This document shows positions 31,691 to 39,809 of a DNA stretch of 64,000 nt, piece after piece (within the stretch, counting starts at the first letter, position 1; the number at the start of each line of letters is the position of its first letter). The position numbers were made by a program, and so were the translations under genes. A model generated the notes under the pieces. That model was not told the origin of the DNA, searched no databases, and worked only from the letters and a program-made list of their open reading frames with translations. The stretch comes from an uncultured Acidobacteriota bacterium (GTDB lineage Bacteria > Acidobacteriota > Vicinamibacteria > Vicinamibacterales > 2-12-FULL-66-21), in contig CAVYZR010000004.1 in the NCBI GenBank assembly GCA_963773005.1, positions 335,272 through 399,271 on the forward strand, read 5' to 3'.

Positions 31691-32407
31691 TTGAACCTGC
31701 TGGCAATTCACGGCCTGGGAGGCGGCGCCTACTTCTTCGACGGCCTCGCTGAACGGCTCCAACCCGAACACCGCGTCATCGCCATCGACCTGCCGGTCTC
31801 CACACCGGATTTCTCGATGGCGACCTGGGTCGACGAACTGGGTACGCTCGTCTCGGAACGCGTCGCCGAACCGGTCGTCATCCTGGGTCATTCGCTGGGG
31901 ACGATGCTGGCGCTCGAGGCGTGGAAGTCGTGGCCAGAGCGAATCCGGGCGCTGATCTTCGTCGGCGGAGTGCCGCAGGTGTCGCCGCGCATCCGCGAGC
32001 GGCTGACGGATCGGCTCGAGGAACTTCAGGGCGCGTGCGATCTGATCGGGTGGGGCAAGAGAGTTGCCCCTGGGGTGTTCTCGCCGAGCACGCTTCGCGA
32101 CCGGCCCGACATCGTCGCCCGGTTCGAGCGAGAATTCGACACGCAAGCAGTTGGGACGTACGTCCGGTCCTGTCAGATCCTGCTCGGTGCGAACACCGAA
32201 GCGATCGCCGGCACCGTGCGCGTGCCGTGCCTCGGCATCACCGGCGAACACGATCAGTACGCGCCGCCTGACGCAGTCGCGGCATTCCTTCGCCGCATTC
32301 CGAGCCAGCCTGCCCTCGACGTGATTCCCGAGAGCGCGCATCTGCCCTTCCTCGAGCAGCCCGACAGCTTCGCGGCCGCCGTGAAGTCGTTCCTGCGAAC
32401 GTGCTAG
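31691..32407 (+). CDS. Alpha/beta hydrolase
   Basis: IHGLGG, GHSLG nucleophile elbow, GEHD, AHLPFLEQP. Confidence 0.9.
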   Translation: MNLLAIHGLGGGAYFFDGLAERLQPEHRVIAIDLPVSTPDFSMATWVDELGTLVSERVAEPVVILGHSLGTMLALEAWKSWPERIRALIFVGGVPQVSPRIRERLTDRLEELQGACDLIGWGKRVAPGVFSPSTLRDRPDIVARFEREFDTQAVGTYVRSCQILLGANTEAIAGTVRVPCLGITGEHDQYAPPDAVAAFLRRIPSQPALDVIPESAHLPFLEQPDSFAAAVKSFLRTC

Positions 32408-32418
32408 GATCCCGCGCT

Positions 32419-33054
32419 ATGACTACCCTGATTCGACTCGCTCCGTTGGTGCTCGCCGTGGTGATGCAGACGCCCGCGACCGAGCCAGGATTCACGCAAC
32501 TCTTCAACGGCAAGGACTTCACCGGCTGGAAGCTCTCGAATCCCGCCGCCTTCACCATCGAGGATGGCGCGATTGTCGCCAAGGCCGTCGGCATGCAGGG
32601 CCACGCGTTCTACGACGGGCCGTTCATGGATCACTCGTTCCGCAATTTCGAGCTGAAGGTCGACGTGATGACGCGCAACAACTCGAACGGCGGCGTCTTC
32701 ATCCTCACCGAATACGTCGAGAAGGGCTGGCCTTCGAAGGGGTTCGAGATCCAGGTGAACAACACCTACATGAAGGATCCCGTCAAGTCGGGTAGCCTCT
32801 ACCACGTCTCGGACGTCAAGGAAGCGTTCGCGAAAGACGACGAGTGGTTCACCGAGCACATCGTCGTCCAGGGCGACACGATTACCGTCAAGGTCAACGA
32901 CAAGCAGACGGTCAATTGGACGCAACCGAAGGAGTGGGCCGGCAGCCCGGACTTCGCGAAGCGTGTTCTCAGCCCCGGTACAGTCGCGCTCCAGGCGCAC
33001 GATCCCAACAGCACGGTCTACTACAAGAACATCCGCATCAAACCGCTAAAGTAG
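32419..33054 (+). CDS. DUF1080 (3-keto-disaccharide hydrolase-like) protein
   Basis: LFNGKDFTGW, NSNGGVF, GSLY, ALQAHD..VYYKNIRIK. Confidence 0.92.
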   Translation: MTTLIRLAPLVLAVVMQTPATEPGFTQLFNGKDFTGWKLSNPAAFTIEDGAIVAKAVGMQGHAFYDGPFMDHSFRNFELKVDVMTRNNSNGGVFILTEYVEKGWPSKGFEIQVNNTYMKDPVKSGSLYHVSDVKEAFAKDDEWFTEHIVVQGDTITVKVNDKQTVNWTQPKEWAGSPDFAKRVLSPGTVALQAHDPNSTVYYKNIRIKPLK

Positions 33055-33069
33055 GCCTCGCCACTTTCC

Positions 33070-33166
33070 AAAAGCCTTTCACCGCGGAGATCGCCGAGGA
33101 CGCAGAGAATCTAAAACAAGACAATAAGACTCTGCGTGGTCTGCGCCCTCAGCGGTGAAAAGCTTT
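33070..33166. repeat. Palindromic intergenic repeat, family A
   Basis: aaagcctttcaccgcggagatcgccgaggacgcagag...ctctgcgtggtctgcgccctcagcggtgaaaagcttt, between convergent genes. Confidence 0.8.
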
Positions 33167-33183
33167 CTGACAGCGAACGTCCT

Positions 33184-36100
33184 TCATTTGAGGGTGGAGA
33201 GATACGCCACGAGATCTCTCACTTCGCGCGGCTTGACGATGAGCCCGACGGGCGGCATCGCCGACACCGGGTTTGTTCGCTGCGCTATATCCGTCTTGGC
33301 GATTCTTTGTTCGGCCGGCGACGTGCCTGTCATAAGGACGACGTGCGTGTCGGTCTCGTCACGTAACGTGCCGTCGACGCGCGTGCCGTTCTTGAGCGTG
33401 ATGCCGACGGTGCCGTAGCCTGGAGCAATCCGAGCGCTGGGCTCGAGCAGCGACTCGAGGATCTGCTCGCGAGTGAGCCGCGTCGCCACGCCCGAGAGGT
33501 TCGGGCCGACATCCGCTCCGGCGTTCCGCACGGTGTGGCAGCGGGTGCACTGCGCCGCGGGATTTTCAACAAACGTTTCGCGGCCGCGGTTCACGCTTCC
33601 CCCTTGCAGCAGCGCGTCGCGAAACGCGAGCGCGAGGCTGTCCGCGGACTTCGACGCGCGGTACGCGTCGAGCTTCGCTGTCAGGGCCGGAGACCCGTTC
33701 GCCTGCATCGCGTCCACCAGATCGAGTTGCACGGCCGGCGCCACCTTGGCGGCCCCGCCGAGGACGAGCTCATCGAAGAACGACGCAAGCGTCTTTTCGG
33801 CTTCGGCGCTCTTCAGCGTCCCGAGCACCTCGAAACCCGCTTGCTGATCGTTGACGGCGCCGCCGCGAATCACCGCGACCAGGCTCTGCACCTTCGCTTC
33901 GTCGCTCATCGTCAGCGACGGCAGGATGCCAAGCGCAGCCCGCCTGACCTCGGCGTTGCTGTCGGCAACCGCGACCTTCATGATCTCTTCGATGTTCGAA
34001 ACCTTCAACGCCTGGAGCGCCCTGAGTGAGGCCACACGCACATTGAAGGAGGTGTCGCTTCGGAGTTGAATCATGAGGAACGGCGCCGCTCCCTGCGCGC
34101 CGAGACGTCCCGCCGCCTCGGCTAGTGCGATCCTCAGCGCGGGCGCGTTCTCGGACGCCTGCGCCTGCATCAGTCGAAGAACAGCAGCCTGCGCAGCCGG
34201 GACGACCGTGTCCCGCGGCTTCGCCTGGCCCAGATAGATCCCGTCGACGCGATCCATCGGCGATGGATCCGCCCAGACGCCGAGTGCGGCAATCGCCTCG
34301 ACCCGCATTCCCTGCGGCCGCGCCGAGTCGGCGGCAAACGTCTCGAGTCGCGTTACCGCCTCGCCTGTGCCGACCTTGAGGTTCGCGCTGATGGCGCGTC
34401 GAAGAAGCGGCTCGGCCGTGAAACGCTTCTCGTCGAGCACGCGCGCCAACGCGGGCAGCGCCCCCTCGATCCCACCGTCATCGTTGATGGCGCGGGCCGC
34501 CTCGAGCACGATCCCGTCGTCGGCGTCGGCGACGAATCGACCGACCTCCGGGCTGCGCAAGCGGCGGAGCGCGATGATCGCGGCGATGCGAACGCCGCGC
34601 GAGGGATTCGACGAGAGCGCGCCAAGCGCGGCGGCGTCACCGATTCGCGACAGCGCCAGGCTGCCGGCGTGACGCAGGTAGACGTCCGTATCGTCGTTGG
34701 CGGCCAGCATCGCGACGATTTCCGCGGTCGCCGGCTTGTAAGCGATCCGGCCAAGCGCTTCGGCCGCGAAGAACCGCGCGCGCGGCGCGGAGTCGGCGAG
34801 GAGTGGTACCAGTTTCGAGGCGGCCTGCGCGTATCGCAGGTCGCCGATCATCTTGGCCGTCTGCGCGCGGATCTCGGCGTCGGCATCGGTAAGGAAGGGC
34901 ACCAGGAGCGGCGCATGCTCCGCTCCACCCGTGGCTGTTCGCGCCAGCTGCGCGACACCCCAGACACCGTGAATGCGCGCCAGCTGGTTCGTCGAATTCT
35001 TGGCGGCAGCGAGGAGCGATTTCACATCGCCGCGCCGGACCAGCTCGAACTGCGCCTTTTGACGAATACGCATGTCGGCGTGCCGCAGGAGCGTCGAGAG
35101 ATCCGTCGCGGAACGCGTGCTGAAGTTCGCGGCGATGAGCGTCCGCACCTCGGCCCGCATCGGGTTCGCGGCCGCAGCCGGTGAGTCGAGCTTCCAGATC
35201 CGTCCCTTGTTTTTCGAGTCCCACCCGGTAATCCAGTCGGCCAGGTAGAGCGCGCCGTCGGGACCGAACTTCAATCCGACGGTGAGGATGCCTCGCAGCA
35301 GGACCTTGTCGTCTTCGAGGGAGAAGCCGGCGCCGTCGGCCTTGAGCTTGAACCCGTAAATGCGCGCACCGGCGGCCGAGCCGGGAAAACTCGATACGAA
35401 GAAGTAGTTCCGCCACTCATCGCTGAGCGCAGTGCCCGGGTTGTAGACCATGCCCGACGGACCGGCGTGGTACGCCGCCACCGGAGGAATGATGTGCGCC
35501 GCCTGGCCCGCGAAGCGCGGCTTGAACATGTTCTCGTCCATCCAGACGTTGTAGCGGTTGTTCTTCGCGTCGGTGTACTTGCCATACTGCCAGTTCGACC
35601 GCCATCCGCTGTCGGAGCCGTTCGGGATGTAGACGACGCGCTCGGTTTCGCCCTGGTGGTCGCCGTCGTTGTCGACGCTGATCAGGTTGCCGTACTCGTC
35701 GAACGAGAACTCCTGGAGGTTCCTGATGCCGGTGGCGAAGACTTCGAAATTCGAGCCGTCGGGCTCGGAGCGCATCACCGCGCCCTGGTTCGGGTAGGAC
35801 CAGCGCTTGCCGCTCTTGTCCGTGACGTCGAGGCCGATGTCTCCGACCTCCCAGTAGATTCGACCATCGGGCCCCATCGTCAGGCCAGAGATGCCGTGTC
35901 CGCCGAACGCCGGGTGGATGCTGTAGCCCTCGCTGATCACGATCTGCCGATCGATGGTGCCGTCGCCGTTGTCGTCCTTCAACCGCCAGACTCCCGGCGC
36001 GATGCCAATCAGCAGATCGCCCTGGTTGTAAAGGAGTCCGCCGGCTACGTCGTAGGTCGGGTCGAGGTTGAATCCCTCGATCATGATCTTGGACGTGTCG

Positions 36101-36654
36101 GCGACGCCGTCGCCGTCCGTGTCCTGGATGCGGTACAGCCGCTCCTTGAGCAGGGCCAGATCGCGAATATCGTTCGAACCGTCCTGGTTGAGATCCGGCA
36201 ACCACTGGTTCTTCGCGCTGCGCTCGGGCGCGAGCTCCTTCTCGTAGAACTCGCGCAGATCGGGGACGGTCTTCAGCGTGTGGACCGTCGGCACCCAGGT
36301 CGGATGCTCGCGGATGTCGAGCGGCATGTTGTTGCGGCTGGTACTCGTCGCGTAGACGGTGCCCGTCTCGTCGAACTCGAGAGCGACCGGGTCGACGATG
36401 AGCGTATCGGGCGCCCACAACTTGAGTTCGAAGTCCGGCGGGATTTCGACTTTGACGCCCTTGCGGGCCTCGTCCGCGAGCCTCGTCACGTCGGCCGCGC
36501 TGAGCTTCACATCCCGCGGCAGCTGTGGGACCGCGGCCGATTGGCGTCCGGCGCCGGCGATTGTCGACGGATCGACGAGCGTCAGCGTGCCGGCACAGAT
36601 TACGAGCGCGATCAGCGCGTGACGAATGCGAATGGACCGAAGAATGGGTAACAC
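33184..36654 (-). CDS. PVC-type heme-binding protein: sugar/sorbosone dehydrogenase-like propeller, HEAT repeats and C-terminal cytochrome c
   Basis: DTDGDGVAD, GPDGRIY, FGPDGALYLADW; HEAT repeats; CTRCH...VGPNLS...SAMP...DLVAYL. Confidence 0.9.
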   Translation of the reverse strand: MLPILRSIRIRHALIALVICAGTLTLVDPSTIAGAGRQSAAVPQLPRDVKLSAADVTRLADEARKGVKVEIPPDFELKLWAPDTLIVDPVALEFDETGTVYATSTSRNNMPLDIREHPTWVPTVHTLKTVPDLREFYEKELAPERSAKNQWLPDLNQDGSNDIRDLALLKERLYRIQDTDGDGVADTSKIMIEGFNLDPTYDVAGGLLYNQGDLLIGIAPGVWRLKDDNGDGTIDRQIVISEGYSIHPAFGGHGISGLTMGPDGRIYWEVGDIGLDVTDKSGKRWSYPNQGAVMRSEPDGSNFEVFATGIRNLQEFSFDEYGNLISVDNDGDHQGETERVVYIPNGSDSGWRSNWQYGKYTDAKNNRYNVWMDENMFKPRFAGQAAHIIPPVAAYHAGPSGMVYNPGTALSDEWRNYFFVSSFPGSAAGARIYGFKLKADGAGFSLEDDKVLLRGILTVGLKFGPDGALYLADWITGWDSKNKGRIWKLDSPAAAANPMRAEVRTLIAANFSTRSATDLSTLLRHADMRIRQKAQFELVRRGDVKSLLAAAKNSTNQLARIHGVWGVAQLARTATGGAEHAPLLVPFLTDADAEIRAQTAKMIGDLRYAQAASKLVPLLADSAPRARFFAAEALGRIAYKPATAEIVAMLAANDDTDVYLRHAGSLALSRIGDAAALGALSSNPSRGVRIAAIIALRRLRSPEVGRFVADADDGIVLEAARAINDDGGIEGALPALARVLDEKRFTAEPLLRRAISANLKVGTGEAVTRLETFAADSARPQGMRVEAIAALGVWADPSPMDRVDGIYLGQAKPRDTVVPAAQAAVLRLMQAQASENAPALRIALAEAAGRLGAQGAAPFLMIQLRSDTSFNVRVASLRALQALKVSNIEEIMKVAVADSNAEVRRAALGILPSLTMSDEAKVQSLVAVIRGGAVNDQQAGFEVLGTLKSAEAEKTLASFFDELVLGGAAKVAPAVQLDLVDAMQANGSPALTAKLDAYRASKSADSLALAFRDALLQGGSVNRGRETFVENPAAQCTRCHTVRNAGADVGPNLSGVATRLTREQILESLLEPSARIAPGYGTVGITLKNGTRVDGTLRDETDTHVVLMTGTSPAEQRIAKTDIAQRTNPVSAMPPVGLIVKPREVRDLVAYLSTLK

Positions 36655-36679
36655 GGCGGAATGCTAGCATGAGGCCGCT

Positions 36680-36930
36680 CCGCCGTGTGTTCCGTGTGGC
36701 CCGCGGCTCTACTTGATCGTGTCCGTGTGTTCCGTGTGACCCGCGGCTCTACTTGATCGTGTCCGTGCTGTCCGTGAACTCCGCGGCTCTAGTCCGCCGT
36801 GTGCTCCGTGTGTTCCGCGGGTCTACTCTGGCCGTGTTGTCCGTGTGATCCGTGGCTCTACTCTGGCCGTGTTGTCCGTGTGCGATCCGTGGCTCTACTC
36901 TGCCGTGTTGTCCGTGGCTCCGTGGCTCTA
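36680..36930. repeat. Tandem array of seven 32-40 bp CCGTG-rich units
   Basis: Units end in CCG(C/T)GG(C/G)TCTA at about 36711, 36751, 36791, 36825, 36860, 36897 and 36930. Confidence 0.9.
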
Positions 36931-38475
36931 CTTGATCGTGTCCGTGTTGCTGACAAACGCGAGCCTCTTGCCATCCGGCGACCACGACGGCACGTTGATG
37001 GTGCCCTGCCCGCCATAGAGATACGCGATCACTTTGAGCGGGCCGCCGCCGATCGGCATCAGGCGAAGGTAGACGCGTTTGTAGTACGGGTGATCGGTGG
37101 GGTTGATGTCCTTCGGGAAGCTGATGATGACTATCGACTGGCCATCTGGCGAAATGTGCGGGAACCAGTTGTTGAGATCGTCGTTGGTGATCTGCTCCTG
37201 GTTCGTGCCGTCCGGCTGCATCCGCCAGATCTGCATCAATCCGCTGCGCACTGAATTGAAGTAGATGTACTTTCCATCCGGCGTGAACTCCGGCCCATCG
37301 TCGAGTCCCTTGGAATTCGTGAGATTGACCTCGGTGCCACTGCCATCGGCGGCGATGCGGTAAATGTCGAACTCGCCGTTCCGGCCCCCGGTGTAGATCA
37401 GCGATTTGCCGTCGGGTGACCAGCTGTGCAGATACGACGGCGCGAGCTGCGTGATCCGCTTGGGCGTGCCGCCGCCGACCGGAACGGTGTAGATCGTGGA
37501 CCCGGTGCCCTGGATGCTCTGGTCGCTGATGCCGAGCATCGTCCCGTCGAACGACAGGACGTGATCGTTGTTGTTCCGGTTGTTGGTCCCGGTATCGATG
37601 GGCGTCGATTGGCTCGTCGCGAGATCGAATCGATGGAGCCGGCCGCGCCAGCCTTCGACGCGGCCGCTAGTGTTGAAGATCAGCGCCTTGCCGTCGCGGG
37701 TCCAGTTCGGCGCCTCGAACGGATTCTCGGAACGGTGAATGACCTTCTTTCGGCCGCTTTCGAGGTCGAGGATCTCGAGCACGCTGCCGATGTAGTCGCG
37801 ATACGGCACGAAGCCGTCTTTCGCGGGCCGCACGAGACGGACGTCCTTGAAGAGCGCGCGCTCGGTCACCTCGCCGTTGTGCGAGCAGAGAGCGAGCCCA
37901 ACCAGCACCTCGTCACCGAGCGTGACGTCGGACACTTCAGAGGTCGTAAACGGATCGCCAAACTTCGCCGCCGAGAAAATATAGGTTTGTCCCTTGCGCT
38001 CGATCTGGATGATGTCGGCGCCCTTGACGGCCGATTGCACCTGCTCGGTGATGGCGCCTTTCGTGCGGCGGAACTGCAGCGAGGTCAAACCATCGCCGTG
38101 CACCATGCCATCGACGTAGGGCGCGTCCGCATCCTGCGTCGGCCGCACCATCAGCCCGACCTTGCGATGCGGATCGACGCCCTGCCCGAGGAGCTCGACG
38201 CGCGCCTGCAGGATGAAGTCGCCGGTCATGCGTCTCCAGACGAAGTGGAACTCGTCTTTCTGCGCCCACATGTTCACGCCGCCGGCTGAGAGCGCGTACT
38301 GCTGTTGCGCGTCATCGTAGGTCGCGGACCCGGCAATCTTCGGCCCGCCGATGTCGCCATGCGCCTCGAACTCGCCAATCGCGACGTCCTGACCGACTCC
38401 ACGAACCGTCGTCAGCGAAAGGGCGACGGCAGCAGCACAAAGGCAAAACAGATGGCGCGGATTGGTGAGAGACAA
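36928..38475 (-). CDS. TolB-like PD40 propeller protein with N-terminal beta-sandwich domain
   Basis: DEFHFVWRRMTGDF, FEAPNW, NNDHVLSFDG, SYLHSWSPDG, GGQGTINVPSWSPDG. Confidence 0.88.
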   Translation of the reverse strand: MSLTNPRHLFCLCAAAVALSLTTVRGVGQDVAIGEFEAHGDIGGPKIAGSATYDDAQQQYALSAGGVNMWAQKDEFHFVWRRMTGDFILQARVELLGQGVDPHRKVGLMVRPTQDADAPYVDGMVHGDGLTSLQFRRTKGAITEQVQSAVKGADIIQIERKGQTYIFSAAKFGDPFTTSEVSDVTLGDEVLVGLALCSHNGEVTERALFKDVRLVRPAKDGFVPYRDYIGSVLEILDLESGRKKVIHRSENPFEAPNWTRDGKALIFNTSGRVEGWRGRLHRFDLATSQSTPIDTGTNNRNNNDHVLSFDGTMLGISDQSIQGTGSTIYTVPVGGGTPKRITQLAPSYLHSWSPDGKSLIYTGGRNGEFDIYRIAADGSGTEVNLTNSKGLDDGPEFTPDGKYIYFNSVRSGLMQIWRMQPDGTNQEQITNDDLNNWFPHISPDGQSIVIISFPKDINPTDHPYYKRVYLRLMPIGGGPLKVIAYLYGGQGTINVPSWSPDGKRLAFVSNTDTIK

Positions 38476-38511
38476 CAGAACCTCCGGGCCGATCCTAACC
38501 GGAAATCGAGC

Positions 38512-38967
38512 CTACGTCTTCGGTGGATGGCTCTGCCAGAGAATCTGGATGATCTTCCATTTGCCGTCGAACTTGCCCAGAAACATGAAGTCGATGCCCC
38601 AGGACGCGGTGAGTTTGACGACGGCAGTCTGGTCGAGGACGTCGAGGATGACGATCTCCCTGAGCTTCGTGTCGCGTTTGCCGTCCTTGTTCCAGCTCGC
38701 GGCAAGCTTGAGCAGCTGCTCGTAGGTCATCGGCGACTCGACGTACGGCGACGTCGCGTCCTTTTTATAGAAGCCGCGCTTGTTGAGTGTGGGATGCACG
38801 CTTCGCTCGATGCGTTCGGGCTGAACGTTGTAGATACCTTCGAGATAGTCGAGCGCGGCCAGGCGCACGCCTTCCTTGTCTCCGGCGGGCGCCTGCGCGG
38901 ACAGCGGAGTCGATACAGTCAGGGCTGCGGCTACGGCCACCGCCGCTACCGAACGGGCTGAGATCAT
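38512..38967 (-). CDS. NTF2-like (putative lumazine-binding) secreted protein
   Basis: RBS AGGAGG; DYLEGIY..ERIERSVHP.LNKRG; WGIDFMFLGKFDGKWKIIQILW. Confidence 0.85.
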   Translation of the reverse strand: MISARSVAAVAVAAALTVSTPLSAQAPAGDKEGVRLAALDYLEGIYNVQPERIERSVHPTLNKRGFYKKDATSPYVESPMTYEQLLKLAASWNKDGKRDTKLREIVILDVLDQTAVVKLTASWGIDFMFLGKFDGKWKIIQILWQSHPPKT

Positions 38968-38997
38968 GCTTTGCCTCCTGCCGGTCGATTCTAGTCT

Positions 38998-39098
38998 TAA
39001 CCGAGGGGCTTCGCCCCTCGGACTCCCCTACTGGCTCGCTCGCGGGGGCCCCGACGCCCCGCTCCGCTCGCCAGGCTCACTCGCTGCCGCTCGATCGC
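38998..39098. repeat. ~100 bp multi-hairpin repeat, family D
   Basis: taaccgaggggcttcgcccctcgg...gctcactcgctg; relatives at 58471, 61661 and 62538. Confidence 0.85.
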
Positions 39099-39151
39099 AC
39101 TACGAAGACGACAGGTTCTAATGCCGGCCTGACCCCAACTATCCTACTGAT

Positions 39152-39787
39152 ATGACGCGCGTGCGCGCGGCCTGGCGCCGCTGGTCGGTTTCTCCGGCCA
39201 TGATCCGCCTGACCCGCGCCCGAATCACGCTGCAGTGGTGGCTCGCGGGCAAGCCCGTACCGCCTCCGAACGTCGTCAAGCAGCGCACGGTGATCCGCTA
39301 CCAGGCTCGCTACGGCTTGCGGACCTTCGTCGAGACCGGAACCTACACCGGCGAGATGGTCCACGCGATGAGTGGGCACGTCGATCGGATCATCTCGATT
39401 GAGGTCGCGCCGGCGCTCCACGCCCAGGCCGCGAAGCGTTTCGGCAGCCAGCCGCACATTCGCCTGCTGCTCGGCGATAGCGCCGCGCTGCTGCCGAGCG
39501 TGCTCGAGTCGCTCCTGGGACCCGCGCTCGTCTGGCTGGACGGTCACTACATGGGTGGGGAAAGTGGACGAGGCAGCGACGAAACTCCCGTCATGGCGGA
39601 GCTGACCGCGCTCGTCGCGCATCCCGTGCGCGGCCACGTGGTCTTGATCGACGACGCGCGGCTATTCGACGGAACGGGTGGCTATCCCCGCCTGGACGAG
39701 CTCACTGCATGGGTGAAAGCGCGGCGGCCCGGCACCGACGTCAGCGTCGACGGAGACATCATCCGCTGCGTGTTCGATGCTGCTTGA
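39152..39787 (+). CDS. Putative class I SAM-dependent methyltransferase-like protein
   Basis: FVETGTYTG, ISIE, LGDS, VWLDGH, VLIDDARLF. Confidence 0.75.
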   Translation: MTRVRAAWRRWSVSPAMIRLTRARITLQWWLAGKPVPPPNVVKQRTVIRYQARYGLRTFVETGTYTGEMVHAMSGHVDRIISIEVAPALHAQAAKRFGSQPHIRLLLGDSAALLPSVLESLLGPALVWLDGHYMGGESGRGSDETPVMAELTALVAHPVRGHVVLIDDARLFDGTGGYPRLDELTAWVKARRPGTDVSVDGDIIRCVFDAA

Positions 39788-39809
39788 TCGTGGGGTCAGG
39801 CCCCGGTTC

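Noticed and set aside
36680-36930. Possible CRISPR array
   Set aside because: Units are degenerate and contiguous with no unique spacers, and no cas genes are present in the window.
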